From sequence record OZ035759.1: DNA of 64,000 nt; one strand, 5' to 3'. The notes beneath the pieces were generated by a model that did not search any database, was not told the DNA's origin, and saw only the letters and a program-made list of their open reading frames with translations. Positions 37,650-48,700 of this stretch are shown piece after piece (position 1 is the first letter of the stretch; each line of letters begins with the position of its first letter). Source of the DNA: Mosigvirus mar005p1. Both the position numbers and the translations under genes were made by a program.

Positions 37650-39905
37650 TTAAAGCTTACAAGCGGAGCAATCTTCAGCTTTAGGCGTTTCTAACTCATA
37701 GTCATCTGTACCAGAACCATCTCGAGTGTTATGATAGTAAAGGTTTTTACCACCAAAGTACCAGAAGTAAAGCAGATCGTCAAGCATTACAGACATTGGC
37801 ACTTTGCCTTTCTCAAAGACTGAAGGGTCGTAGTATGTATTAGCAGAAGCAGATTGGCACACCCATTTCAACATGATAGCAACTTGGGTCAAATAAGGTT
37901 TATTACCTTTCTTAGCAAGTTTCCACGCGTAGTCGTAAAGATTCATGTTATGTTCGATATTAGGAACAACCTGTCGGAAGTTGCCTTCTTTAGATTCTTT
38001 AATACTTACTGGACCACGTGGTGGCTCAATCCCGTTTGTAGAGTTTGATACTTGACTGCTTGACTCACAAGGCATGAGTGCAGACAACGTTGAGTTACGA
38101 ATTCCATGTTCTTTGAGTTCAGCTCGAAGTTCTTCCCAGTCACAGACGTAGTTCGGGGCTGCGATTTGGTCAATCTTTTTATTGTACCAGTCGATAGGTA
38201 ATTCGCCTCTAGACCATTTAGTGTCTGAATAATACTCGCAACATCCTTTTTCTTTGGCGAGTTTGATTGAAGCTTTGATAAGGCCATATTGCAATCTCTC
38301 AAACAATTCATGAGTCAAATCGTTAGCGTCTTCATATGAAGCGAAGTTAGAAGCTAACCATGCAGCATAGTTCGTAACACCAACACCAAGATTACGTCGC
38401 TTTTTAGCTTTTAAAGCTTCTGGAACCGGATAATCTTGATAGTCTAACAGGTTATCAAGTGCACGTACTTGTACTTCAGCCAGTTCATTAATTTTATCTT
38501 GGTCTTGCCAATCAAATTTATCTAATACAAAAGCGGATAACGTGCATAAACCAATTTCAGCGTCAGGACCATTCACATCATTAGTTGGAATAGCGATTTC
38601 ACAACATAAGTTACTCTGACGAATTGGAGCTTTTTCACGAATAAATGGAGTGTAGTTGTTCGTGTTATCAACAAACTGTGGATAAATTCGAGCAGTACCA
38701 GAACGTTCAGTCATGAACAATTCAAAGAGTTCTAGTGCTTTGATTCTTTTCTTTCTGATTGTTGGGTCTTTTTCAGCTTTCTCATAAAGCTCACGGAATT
38801 TATCTTGATCTTCAAAGAACGAGTAATATAGTTCGCCTGACATTTCGTGAGGGCTAAATAAAGTAATATAATCATTTTTGCCAAGGCGTTCCATCATGAG
38901 GTCATTAATCTGAATTCCATAGTCCATATGTCGAATACGGTTTTCATCCACGCCTTTGTTATTTTTCAGAACTAATAGGTTCTCTACTTCTAAGTGCCAC
39001 ATCGGATAATACGCTGTAGCAGCACCACCACGAATACCGCCTTGAGAACAAGATTTTACTGCAGTTTGGAAATGTTTCCAGAATGGAATAACACCCGTAT
39101 GTCGAACTTCACCCATACCGATCTTAGAACCTTCTGCACGAAGCATACCAACGTTGATACCAATACCAGCTCGTTTAGAAATATATTCAATAATTGATGC
39201 TGAAGTTTTGTTAATAGATTTTAACGAATCACCGGCTTCAATAACTACACAACTAGAGAACTGGCGAGTTGGAGTACGAGCACCTGCCATAATTGGAGTA
39301 GGCAATGAAACTTGATGAGTAGAAACGGCGTCATAAAAACGAATAATATGTTTCAAACGGTCATGAGTTTCGTCTTGATGTAAGGCCATGCCAATAGCCA
39401 TGATAGCAAACTGTGGAGTTTCATAAATCTTCCCAGTCGTTTTATCTTTAACTAGATATTTTTCTTTAAGCTGCATAGCACCAGCGTAAGTCAGGTCAAA
39501 GTCTCGTTCATGTTTAATCTGTGAATCGAGATAAATGATTTCTTCTGCTGAATATTGAGACAACAGCTCAGGGTCATATTTGCCTTCATTAACACAGTAA
39601 GAAATATGGTCGATAAAAGCAGGCGGTTCAAACTGCCCATATACATCTTTACGAAGTGCAAACATTAGCCCTTTAGCGGCGACATACTGATAATCAGGTT
39701 CTTCGACAGAAATCGAGTTAGCTGCAACTTTAATACAAATCTTCTGAATATCTTTGGTGCTCATCCCATCGACAAGATGGGTCTTAATTTCTTCGTACAA
39801 TTCATATGGGTCGATTTGTGTTCCTTCACATTGCCAAGTTAAGACTTGAATAATTTTCTGTGCATCAAAATTTTGGGATACACCACTGCTCTTAGTTACT
39901 TGCAT
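37650..39905 (-). CDS. nrdA: ribonucleotide reductase large subunit
   Basis: 751 aa (T4 NrdA 754 aa); ATP-cone N-terminus and class I RNR catalytic region. Confidence 0.9.
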   Translation of the reverse strand: MQVTKSSGVSQNFDAQKIIQVLTWQCEGTQIDPYELYEEIKTHLVDGMSTKDIQKICIKVAANSISVEEPDYQYVAAKGLMFALRKDVYGQFEPPAFIDHISYCVNEGKYDPELLSQYSAEEIIYLDSQIKHERDFDLTYAGAMQLKEKYLVKDKTTGKIYETPQFAIMAIGMALHQDETHDRLKHIIRFYDAVSTHQVSLPTPIMAGARTPTRQFSSCVVIEAGDSLKSINKTSASIIEYISKRAGIGINVGMLRAEGSKIGMGEVRHTGVIPFWKHFQTAVKSCSQGGIRGGAATAYYPMWHLEVENLLVLKNNKGVDENRIRHMDYGIQINDLMMERLGKNDYITLFSPHEMSGELYYSFFEDQDKFRELYEKAEKDPTIRKKRIKALELFELFMTERSGTARIYPQFVDNTNNYTPFIREKAPIRQSNLCCEIAIPTNDVNGPDAEIGLCTLSAFVLDKFDWQDQDKINELAEVQVRALDNLLDYQDYPVPEALKAKKRRNLGVGVTNYAAWLASNFASYEDANDLTHELFERLQYGLIKASIKLAKEKGCCEYYSDTKWSRGELPIDWYNKKIDQIAAPNYVCDWEELRAELKEHGIRNSTLSALMPCESSSQVSNSTNGIEPPRGPVSIKESKEGNFRQVVPNIEHNMNLYDYAWKLAKKGNKPYLTQVAIMLKWVCQSASANTYYDPSVFEKGKVPMSVMLDDLLYFWYFGGKNLYYHNTRDGSGTDDYELETPKAEDCSACKL

Positions 39906-39941
39906 ATATTCCTCAGTATAGGTTGATAGACATTACTCCAA

Positions 39942-39962
39942 ACGGGATAGTATTTATCCCGT
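39942..39962 (-). promoter_or_regulatory. hairpin / palindrome in the nrdA 5' leader
   Basis: ACGGGATA-gtatt-TATCCCGT, perfect 8 bp arms, 37-57 nt upstream of nrdA ATG. Confidence 0.4.
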
Positions 39963-39992
39963 TAATTTATTATACACTTTTAAACTGAAGTG

Positions 39993-40247
39993 TTAATTAT
40001 CCTTAGCAATAATTTCTTCATATTCTTTAGGTGTCAAGACCGTGATATTAAAATAAACCAACGGTTCTTTTTCTATACCGAATCCACCACAGAATTCACG
40101 ATATTCATAAATTCGTTCATGTGAATAACAAATGAATCGTTCACCTTTAACTGTGATTTCACTATTCGGTGAAGGGATATCCAGTTCGGTAGGATTTTTC
40201 ATTTCAAAAATTGTGGTGCCATATGAATTAATAAAACGTAAAATCAT
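39993..40247 (-). CDS. hypothetical protein
   Basis: 84 aa ORF abutting the td stop. Confidence 0.45.
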   Translation of the reverse strand: MILRFINSYGTTIFEMKNPTELDIPSPNSEITVKGERFICYSHERIYEYREFCGGFGIEKEPLVYFNITVLTPKEYEEIIAKDN

Positions 40248-41108
40248 TTATACCGCCATTTTAGCTTTGATAGTTGGATGAGATTCGTAATTTTTAAGAA
40301 CGAAATCAGAATGTGTCATCGTTCCAGTAACCCAGTCCATTTGGATTTTTGTAGGCCAATTCTCAAAATTACTAGGCCAATTAATTTCAAGAGAACATAA
40401 CTCTTTAGGTTCACGACTAAGAACTTCTTTGCATTGTTCTACATGATTGCTGTAGATATGAGTGTTGCCGCCTGAGAACACTAAATCACCTGGGATAAGG
40501 TTACACATCTTCGCTACAATATGCGCCAAGGCGGCGTACGAGGCAATGTTGAACGGCAGGCCCAAGAAAACATCTACACTGCGTTGATACCATTGTAAAT
40601 CAAGATGTCCATTACGCACATTAAATTGATAGAACATATGACAAGGAGGAAGAGCCATTTGGTCAATTTCGGCTGGGTTCCATGCAGAAACTATTTGACG
40701 ACGATCATTAGGAAGAGCTTTAATACGGTCGATAGTTTTGACCAATTGGTCTACACCACCAAAATCACGCCATTGCTTACCATAAATAGGACCAAGTTCA
40801 CCACTATGATATCCAAGGTCTTTTGCCTGATTTTCATAGTTGTCGTCCCAAATAGTTTTACCTTGAATAAGACTACCATGAGTACGAATACGCAAATCAT
40901 TAACATTGGTAGAACCAGACATGAACCACAGTAACTCGGCAATACAAGCTTTCCATGCTAATTTCTTAGTTGTTACTGCAGGGAATCCTTTAGTCAGATC
41001 CCAACGTAATTTAGTTCCGAATAGAGCAATTGTTCCTGTGCCTGTACGGTCGTCAGTTTCATAACCATTTTCTAGGATATCATTAATCAGGTATTGGTAT
41101 TGTTTCAT
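40248..41108 (-). CDS. td: thymidylate synthase, uninterrupted
   Basis: 286 aa continuous ORF (T4 Td 286 aa after splicing); no intron. Confidence 0.9.
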   Translation of the reverse strand: MKQYQYLINDILENGYETDDRTGTGTIALFGTKLRWDLTKGFPAVTTKKLAWKACIAELLWFMSGSTNVNDLRIRTHGSLIQGKTIWDDNYENQAKDLGYHSGELGPIYGKQWRDFGGVDQLVKTIDRIKALPNDRRQIVSAWNPAEIDQMALPPCHMFYQFNVRNGHLDLQWYQRSVDVFLGLPFNIASYAALAHIVAKMCNLIPGDLVFSGGNTHIYSNHVEQCKEVLSREPKELCSLEINWPSNFENWPTKIQMDWVTGTMTHSDFVLKNYESHPTIKAKMAV

Positions 41109-41692
41109 TTATATACGCTCTCAGTAATTTCGGTGAGTTCATCGATTCTATAGTAATGAGATTCTACCATAGAACGTTGAAGCATAATATCTTGGATGAA
41201 ATCTTTATCAAGCTGAACGTCTGAATTAACACGACATTTCTTAATGATTTTAGTCATCACGATTTCATCGGCATAAGGCAGTGCTTGTTTTAATAAAGCC
41301 GGGCCACCAATAACAGATACATCAACATGTTCAGTAGAAAGTTTAAACGGTACATCAGTTGCAGGGCTAAACAGGTTAATTTCACAACCTGTTACCAAGG
41401 TAATAAATTCAGATTGGGTGATATAGAACCGTGCAAGTTCATCAGTTTTAGTCCTAGGCAGTTTTCTGGCCATATCAGTGACAACCACATGAGTACGATC
41501 CGGGAGTAGACGAGGTAATGATGCAAAAGTCTTAGCACCCATAACCATTACAGTGTTTTTAGTGCGAGCAACAAAGTTACTCATATCTTGTTTGATATGC
41601 TTCCATGGAAGTCCATCACCTAATCCAAAAGCATATTCAAGTTTATCATCAACTGTTTTAGACGGTGCGCATGCGAATACTAATTTAAGCAT
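41105..41692 (-). CDS. frd: dihydrofolate reductase
   Basis: 195 aa (T4 Frd 193 aa); overlaps td start by 4 nt. Confidence 0.85.
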   Translation of the reverse strand: MLKLVFACAPSKTVDDKLEYAFGLGDGLPWKHIKQDMSNFVARTKNTVMVMGAKTFASLPRLLPDRTHVVVTDMARKLPRTKTDELARFYITQSEFITLVTGCEINLFSPATDVPFKLSTEHVDVSVIGGPALLKQALPYADEIVMTKIIKKCRVNSDVQLDKDFIQDIMLQRSMVESHYYRIDELTEITESVYK

Positions 41693-41694
41693 TT

Positions 41695-41943
41695 TTATTT
41701 CCTCAGATTTTTCTTAACAACTTTCCAATCAGCTTTAAACGATTCAACATCAGAGTGGTGAATCCAGAATCCTGCGCTTTCACCATCTTCGTAGAGTGGA
41801 CATCCATCACATTCTTCGTTCCAACCAATTTCACGTAAAGCTTCTTCAGCTTGTTCAAGGAGTTTAGCGTCTTTACCAACGATGTTGAAGTACCATTTAC
41901 CTTTAACTTCAGAATCGTTAATGCTTTGGCGTTGTAATCTCAT
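41695..41943 (-). CDS. hypothetical protein (frd.1 position)
   Basis: 82 aa; first gene after an early promoter. Confidence 0.5.
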   Translation of the reverse strand: MRLQRQSINDSEVKGKWYFNIVGKDAKLLEQAEEALREIGWNEECDGCPLYEDGESAGFWIHHSDVESFKADWKVVKKNLRK

Positions 41944-41969
41944 TTTATTCTCCTCTTGATGATAGGACC

Positions 41970-41999
41970 ACTATAACATAGCCCTATCATGGTGTAAAC
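41970..41999 (-). promoter_or_regulatory. T4 early-type promoter with flanking inverted repeat
   Basis: Minus-sense GTTTAC, 18 bp, TGtTATAGT; -10 flanked by ATGATAGG (41959-41966) and CCTATCAT (41983-41990). Confidence 0.45.
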
Positions 42000-42385
42000 T
42001 ACTTTTTAAAAGTTTTTTGTAAAAGTTCAATGATTTCATCGACGTTGGTTTTATCTACAACACAATGAATTTTTGTTACACCCAAATCTATACCTTCGTT
42101 AACCTGTTGAGGCTTTTCTAATGTTACCTCGGTAAAGTATTTGAATTCTTCAGAATAAATCTCAAAATACGTCTCAAGTGGTCCACCTGCGCTGTATTCA
42201 GTGCCATCTTCCATAGTTACACGTACCACACATTCACCGGCGCAATCGTCACTTTCTATTTCGTTGACAACAAAACTAGGTCCGTGCTTCTCTATTAATT
42301 TTAGCATCATTGCGTTGCAACGGCATTCGTTGGCAAAGTCATCTTTAAATAAAGGGTTAATGATATAAGATTTTCCGATTTCCAT
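41999..42385 (-). CDS. hypothetical protein (frd.2 / frd.3 position)
   Basis: 128 aa ORF. Confidence 0.5.
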   Translation of the reverse strand: MEIGKSYIINPLFKDDFANECRCNAMMLKLIEKHGPSFVVNEIESDDCAGECVVRVTMEDGTEYSAGGPLETYFEIYSEEFKYFTEVTLEKPQQVNEGIDLGVTKIHCVVDKTNVDEIIELLQKTFKK

Positions 42386-42414
42386 TTTGATTTCCTCATG
42401 TTGTTGATAGGTCT

Positions 42415-42443
42415 ATACTAACACATCCAGGGAAGAAGTAAAC
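42415..42443 (-). promoter_or_regulatory. T4 early-type promoter
   Basis: Minus-sense GTTTAC, 17 bp, TGtTAGTAT. Confidence 0.4.
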
Positions 42444-42461
42444 AACTTTTTTGGCAATTTA

Positions 42462-42492
42462 CAGATACTCAAAAGGGAGACCGAAGTCTCCC
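42462..42492 (-). terminator. intrinsic terminator after gene 32
   Basis: GGGAGAC-TTCG-GTCTCCC (minus sense) followed by TTTTGAG. Confidence 0.65.
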
Positions 42493-42498
42493 AATTTA

Positions 42499-43398
42499 TT
42501 ATAGACCAGCTAACAGGTCATCGAGGTCGCCATCGTCAGAAGACGAGGAACTCATGAAGTCATCTTCAGTTTTTGCAGAACCAAAGGCTTCCATGTCTTT
42601 ATCAAAATCATCAAGGTCAGAAGCAACTTTATCTGCAACAGAAGCTGCTGCGGCTGCTGCACCACCAAGAGCGGCAGTACCAAGAACCTTAGCGAAAGAT
42701 TCGTTTAATTTTTCAAAGGATTTGAACTGGTCTTTAGCCGTCAAAGTAGTAAGGTCTACCATCTGGTCATATAGTTCTTTCTGGAATGCTTCGTCATTAA
42801 TACGAGGAATTTCAGATTGACCCAAGAATTTAGATTCGTCATAGTTGCTAAAACCAGAAACCTGCTTAGCTTTCAGAACGAAGTTGGCACCTTCAAACGG
42901 ACAAGTAACATCAACTGGAGTTTCACCCATTTCGGTATCAACAGCAATCATTGCATTGATTTTGTCCCAAATCTTTTTACCGAAACGATATTTAAATACT
43001 TTACCTTCGTTATCTGGAGCTTGAGGGTCTTTAACAACCAGAATATTAGCCCAATAAGAAGTTTTACGTTTCAGTTGAGAATATTCATTTTTGTTGGTAT
43101 TGTACAGGTCATTTTTACTAATGTACTGACATACAGGACAAGAGTCGTAATCACCGTGTGTAGAAGAGCAATTTTCAATATACCATTTACCATTTTTCTT
43201 GAAACCGTGGTTAACAAGAATTGCAAATGGTAGTGCATCATCAGTTTTTGCTGGCAAGAAACGAATTACCGCTTGACCATTACCTGATGCATCTAGCTTC
43301 AGCTTCCATTCGCCTTTATCTTCTGAAGAGAAACCTTTGTTACCGTTCAGTTTAGCCATTTGAGCAGCGAGGTCAGCAGTAGATTTACGTTTAAACAT
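42499..43398 (-). CDS. 32: single-stranded DNA-binding protein gp32
   Basis: 299 aa (T4 gp32 301 aa); acidic C-terminal tail. Confidence 0.9.
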   Translation of the reverse strand: MFKRKSTADLAAQMAKLNGNKGFSSEDKGEWKLKLDASGNGQAVIRFLPAKTDDALPFAILVNHGFKKNGKWYIENCSSTHGDYDSCPVCQYISKNDLYNTNKNEYSQLKRKTSYWANILVVKDPQAPDNEGKVFKYRFGKKIWDKINAMIAVDTEMGETPVDVTCPFEGANFVLKAKQVSGFSNYDESKFLGQSEIPRINDEAFQKELYDQMVDLTTLTAKDQFKSFEKLNESFAKVLGTAALGGAAAAAASVADKVASDLDDFDKDMEAFGSAKTEDDFMSSSSSDDGDLDDLLAGL

Positions 43399-43467
43399 TA
43401 TATTTACCTTTATTTAGATTATTTAATTTATTTACAGTTGGTTGCTACGACACTTATACCTCGTAGC
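43399..43467 (-). promoter_or_regulatory. gene 32 5' leader: candidate autoregulatory translational operator
   Basis: Hairpin GCTACGA...TCGTAGC 46-69 nt upstream of ATG, followed by an AU-rich tract with repeated UUAAA/UAAAUA elements. Confidence 0.45.
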
Positions 43468-43477
43468 TGGTATGATT

Positions 43478-43485
43478 TATTTATA
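43478..43485 (-). promoter_or_regulatory. late promoter (TATAAATA) upstream of gene 32
   Basis: Plus TATTTATA = minus TATAAATA, about 80 bp upstream of gene 32 ATG. Confidence 0.45.
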
Positions 43486-43514
43486 AAGTAATTTTAACAC
43501 ACAAGAAATAAAGC

Positions 43515-44168
43515 TTAATACTTACATGATTTGATTGTTTCTATGAACAATTTCTTAGCAGCATTTCCATCGATTTGAAGTATTTTTCGATATGCCTTTA
43601 ATTTGGTAGAATAATTTTGCCAGACTAAATTGTCGGTAAGTTCGTCATGCTTATCTATAATATTCAAGAATGAATCCAACAATAAGAAAGTTTCAAATGA
43701 AATTATATTGCTTTGTAGCAATTTAAATATGTAGCTCGACTGAACTTTATTATTATAATCAAATATCTCTTGAAGCGCACTAACTTCCACTTTCTTACTG
43801 AAATAGTAGATGTTACGTACGTCTTCAGCAAACGTCTCCTTGGCTTGTTTGAGACGTCCAATATATTCCCTATAGAAAACTAATGCATCAGCGTCTGATA
43901 TCTCACCAATCCACGCATCTTGGTTAGCAACTAAGTTACTGATGAATATCAAGGTGAGTTCCTTTAACTTATATTTCTCTGCTAGTTTCTCAAAGAAATA
44001 TTTATCTCGGCGTTTTTGATACGCATTATCCGAAACACGCATGCACCAGTTATATTTGATTACGTCATACCGACCATTAAAATGTTGTTTGCACATCAAG
44101 TATAGTTTGTATACCGATTTTCCGTTAATATAACGTTCTCCATCAGGAGGCATGCGTATTTTAATCAT
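43515..44168 (-). CDS. 59: helicase loader gp59
   Basis: 217 aa (T4 gp59 217 aa). Confidence 0.85.
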   Translation of the reverse strand: MIKIRMPPDGERYINGKSVYKLYLMCKQHFNGRYDVIKYNWCMRVSDNAYQKRRDKYFFEKLAEKYKLKELTLIFISNLVANQDAWIGEISDADALVFYREYIGRLKQAKETFAEDVRNIYYFSKKVEVSALQEIFDYNNKVQSSYIFKLLQSNIISFETFLLLDSFLNIIDKHDELTDNLVWQNYSTKLKAYRKILQIDGNAAKKLFIETIKSCKY

Positions 44169-44503
44169 AATAAGAAATCTAAAGTATTAGTTTTTTCACC
44201 ACGAGCAACTGATGGGCGAAGCATGTTTTCGTCAATTGCTTCGCTTGTAATTTTTTCAACAATTCCTGTAGGAATAAATTTAGCAAATTGTGTTTCTGGA
44301 ATAGAATTTTCTTCCAAGAAAGCAGTTGTTGCTTCTAAATAAGACATACCAAATTGTTCAACCATGGATTCGATAATGAATCCGTTTTCTTGTCGGTCAA
44401 GCAATTTAGCGATATCATCTTTATCGTGTTTTACTGCTAATTCTTGTTCAGATAAACCGGCCTCATCAACCGGTTTAATATCACTTAGTGAAAACTGTGT
44501 CAT
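44165..44503 (-). CDS. 33: late transcription co-activator gp33
   Basis: 112 aa (T4 gp33 112 aa); overlaps gene 59 start. Confidence 0.8.
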   Translation of the reverse strand: MTQFSLSDIKPVDEAGLSEQELAVKHDKDDIAKLLDRQENGFIIESMVEQFGMSYLEATTAFLEENSIPETQFAKFIPTGIVEKITSEAIDENMLRPSVARGEKTNTLDFLL

Positions 44504-44750
44504 AAAGCTCGACTACCTCTTCGTTTTCAGCTTCAAATTGATCACGAGCGTCTTTATGATAAAGAGCTAACAAACGATTAAACATTTTTCCATCAACGCC
44601 AAGCTCTTCTTTAGCACGAGTACGAATGTCTTTAATCAGTTCATTATAACCAGAAATTTTAAGTTTGTTATCGGAAGCTTCCTTGACTAGTTTAGCCAGT
44701 TCTTCACCATGCACATCTTGATTAAATTCAACTGCTTCTTTCTTAGCCAT
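44481..44750 (-). CDS. dsbA: dsDNA-binding protein DsbA
   Basis: Internal ATG gives 89 aa (T4 DsbA 89 aa) starting MAKKEAVEF. Confidence 0.7.
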   Translation of the reverse strand: MAKKEAVEFNQDVHGEELAKLVKEASDNKLKISGYNELIKDIRTRAKEELGVDGKMFNRLLALYHKDARDQFEAENEEVVELYDTVFTK

Positions 44751-44757
44751 GTTTACC

Positions 44758-45675
44758 TCAGAATTCATTAATTACACTTGTTAATTTAGAAAGACCAGAT
44801 TTTACAAAGTATGAATAAATCTTGCCTTTAGGTTGTGGTTTATATGAGTTATAATACTCTATAATGGTTGAAGCAATATTATCAGGGATATAATCAAAAT
44901 CAATGAGAACCAAATTTTCTTGATACCGTTTATATTCTTCTGCACTTAATAATACTTCAGCTTGAGAACGGTCGTTAGCAATTGCTTCAATAATTGATGT
45001 TTTCATGCTTGGAGTTCGTTCACCTTCAACTCGAGTAAACCAGAAGTCACCACGAACTCGAACAGATGCAACACCATCCTTACGGTCGCCTTTAAGAATT
45101 TTAGTCATGCAATCAATTTCAGCAGAACCGTTCTTAATTTTAACCCATTTTTTCTGTGGTGGCGACCACTGTTTAACGTTAGGATATTTGTGTAATTGTG
45201 TAAAGTCACCATCTGATGCAACAATACATACCTTATGACCAGCTAATGACAAATATTTAGTTAATACACCGATATGGTCGTCAGCTTCATACTTGTCAAT
45301 ATCCATTACAACGTATGGCATATATTTCTTAATCTCATCAACAACTTGATGGAGTGCAGTAAAATATCCTTCCCAATCCCACTTTGAAGCTTCACGATCG
45401 GTTTTACGATTTTTCTTGTAATAGTAAGCAAAGTCACGACGCCAATAACCCGAAGTAGCATTATCCATACACAACACAAATTTTGTATAGCCTTGCTTAC
45501 GGAACATCACGACATTTTTACGAATTGAATTCAAGATTACATGGCGAACCATCGGAACAGTAATTTTATCGCCGTCTTCAAAGTTGTTTAATGCGGCTGC
45601 CAATGCAATGTTACTAAAGTCGGCAAGTGCAATACCTTCTTTGTAATCTTCATCCAACATCATTTCTAAATCCAT
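44758..45675 (-). CDS. rnh: RNase H (5'-3' exonuclease / flap endonuclease)
   Basis: 305 aa (T4 RNase H 305 aa). Confidence 0.9.
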   Translation of the reverse strand: MDLEMMLDEDYKEGIALADFSNIALAAALNNFEDGDKITVPMVRHVILNSIRKNVVMFRKQGYTKFVLCMDNATSGYWRRDFAYYYKKNRKTDREASKWDWEGYFTALHQVVDEIKKYMPYVVMDIDKYEADDHIGVLTKYLSLAGHKVCIVASDGDFTQLHKYPNVKQWSPPQKKWVKIKNGSAEIDCMTKILKGDRKDGVASVRVRGDFWFTRVEGERTPSMKTSIIEAIANDRSQAEVLLSAEEYKRYQENLVLIDFDYIPDNIASTIIEYYNSYKPQPKGKIYSYFVKSGLSKLTSVINEF

Positions 45676-45707
45676 ATGAACCTCTTGTTCAGTTAGTCAA
45701 CTTGTCT

Positions 45708-45737
45708 ATAGTAACACACTCATTTGAAAGCGTAAAC
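45708..45737 (-). promoter_or_regulatory. T4 early-type promoter for rnh
   Basis: Minus-sense GTTTAC, 18 bp, TGtTACTAT. Confidence 0.45.
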
Positions 45738-45740
45738 TGG

Positions 45741-45748
45741 TATAAATA
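45741..45748 (+). promoter_or_regulatory. T4-type late promoter upstream of gene 34
   Basis: Exact TATAAATA 31 bp upstream of ATG 45779. Confidence 0.6.
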
Positions 45749-45778
45749 AGTATTATTGAAACAATAAAGGAAAAACGA

Positions 45779-48700
45779 ATGGCCGACATCAAACGTAAGT
45801 TCAGAGCCGAAGACGGTCTGGACGCCGGTGGCGACAAGATTGTTAACGTAGCATTAGCCGACCGTACAGTAGGTACTGATGGCGTAAACGTTGACTTCCT
45901 GGTACAAGAAAACACCGTTCAAGTATATGATTCTACGCGTGGATATAACAAAGGATTTGTTGTTCTTTATGACAACCGTTTATATCAAGCAATAAATGAT
46001 ATCGTGTCTCCTTCCGGGGCATTTAACCTTTTACAATGGCGTGCAGTTCGTACCGATGCACAATGGATAACTGTAGCTTCTGGGACTTATCAACTTTCTT
46101 CAGGTGAATCGATTTCGGTTAACACTGGTGCCGGCAATGATATGGTTTTCACGTTGCCAAATGCGCCGGTTGATGGTGACACTATTGTTTTGGCTGATAT
46201 TGGTGGAAGAACCGGGGCAGTTAAAGTACAGATTAACGCGTCTGTGCAGAGTATTTTAAACTTTAGAGGCGAACAAGTTCGTACAGTTTTAATGACGCGT
46301 CCGCGTTCACAACTAGTGTTTGTGTTTAGTAATCGTTTGTGGCAGATGTATATCATTGATTACGGTAAAGAATCAATCACTGTTACACCTGCTACACCAT
46401 ATCAAGCGCAAGCAAACGATTTTATTGTTCTTCGTTTTACTAGTGCAGCACCAATCAACATTACACTTCCACGTAATGCTAACAATGGTGATATAATCAG
46501 CCTAGTTGATTTAGATAAATTAAACCCACTGTATCATACGATTATTAAAACATTTGATGATACAACGTCTATTGGCGAAGTCGGGACTCATATCGTCGAA
46601 GGTAGAACTTCTTCTGACGCGTTTTTTGTTTTTGATGCTGCAAATAGTTTATGGCGTATATGGGAAGGCGACCAGAAATCACGTCTTCGTATTATCCGTA
46701 CAGATTCAAATATTCGCCCAAATGAAGAAGTTCTTATTTTTGGTACAAATAACGCTACAGCAGAAACTATTAACCTTACGCTTCCTACAGGAATTTTGAC
46801 CGGTGACACTGTTAAAATTTCAATGAACTACATGCGTAAAGGCCAAACAGTAAAAATTAAAGCTGCCGAAGGTGATACAATTGCTTCTTCTGTTGCATTA
46901 CTTCAGTTCCCTAAACGTTCTGAATATCCACCTGATGCTCAATGGGTCTCTGTTACTGAACTAGAATTCAATGGCACTACTTCATATGTTCCTGTATTAG
47001 AATTAGCATATGTTGAAGACACCGATTCTGACACTCGTTATTGGGTTGTGCAACAGAATGTCCCTACAGTAGAACGTGTTGATGCCGGAACTGATGCTAC
47101 ACGAGCTCGTTTAGGTGTTATTGCTCTTGCTACTCAAGCGCAAGCAAATGCTGATTTAGAGAATACTCCAGCTAAAGAAGTGGCTATTACTCCTGAAACG
47201 TTGGCAAATCGTACAGCAACTGAAGCTCGACGTGGTATCGCTAAAATTGCTACAACAGCACAGGTTAATCAGAATTCCACTGCAGCATTTGTGGATGATA
47301 CTATTATTACGCCTAAAAAATTAAATGAGCGTACAGCAACCGAAACTCGTCGTGGTCTTGCTGAAATTGCTACTCAGGCTGAAACTGATGCCGGTCTTGA
47401 TGACACAACGATTATTACACCTAAGAAATTGCAGGCACGTCAGGGTTCTGAAACACTATCTGGTATAGTTAAATATGTATCAACTACTTCTGCTACACCT
47501 GCCGCGACTCGTGGAGCTGCAGGCACTAACGTTTATAATAAAACCGTAAATAATTTAACTATTTCTCCTAAAGCCCTTGACCAATATAAAGCAACTTATG
47601 CTCAACAAGGTGCAGTAATTTTAGCTGTTGATAGTGAAGTAATTGCTGGACAATCTCAAGCAGGTTATTCTCACGCTGTAGTAACTCCTGAAACACTACA
47701 TAAGAAAACTTCTACTGATGGACGTATTGGTTTAATTGAAATTGCTACGCAAGCAGAAACTAATGCTGGGACTGATTATACACGTGCAGTAACGCCTAAG
47801 ACATTAAATGATAGGAGAGCGACGGAAGGATTATCCGGCATAGCCGAACTTGCTACGCAAGTTGAATTTGATACTGGAACTGATGATACTCGTATCTCGA
47901 CTCCACTGAAAATTAAAACTCATTTTGATTCTTCTGACCGTACCAGTGTTAATTCTGATTCCGGACTTATTGAAGAAGGAACCTTGTGGAACCATTATAC
48001 TCTTGATATTTCTAAAGCAAATGAAACACAACGTGGTACACTTCGCGTAGCGACCCAGGCAGAATCTAATGCAGGAACTTTAGATGATGTTCTTATTACT
48101 CCTAAAAAGCTTTTAGGGACTAAGTCCACTGAAACGTCTGAAGGCGTAATTAAGGTTGCTACTCGTGATGAAACTGTAACAGGAACATCAGCAAATACTG
48201 CTGTATCTCCAAAAAATTTAAAATGGATTGTGCAGAGTGAACCTACCTGGGCAGCTACTACTGCGATAAGGGGATTTGTTAAAACTTCATCTGGTTCAAT
48301 TACGTTCGTTGGTAATGATACAGCCGGTTCAACACAACCTTTAGAATCATATGAAAAAAATAGCTATGCGGTATCACCATATGAATTAAACCGTGTATTA
48401 GCAAATTATTTGCCATTGAAAGCTAAAGCCGTAGATAGTAATTTATTAGATGGTCTAGATTCATCTCAGTTCATTCGTAGGGACATTGCACAGACGGTTA
48501 ATGGTTCACTAACCTTAACCCAACAAACTAATCTGAGTGCCCCTCTTGTATCATCTAGTACTGCTACGTTTGGTGGTTCGGTATCTGCTAATAGTACACT
48601 GACTATTTCTAATACTGGAACGGCAACTCGTCTGATTTTTGAGAAAGGACCTCAGACTGGAACTAACCCAGCACAGACGATGTCTATCAGAGTTTGGGGA

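Noticed and set aside
40248-41108. Group I intron in td (and in nrdB, 36421..37599)
   Set aside because: Both ORFs are continuous at the mature protein lengths, so no intron is present.
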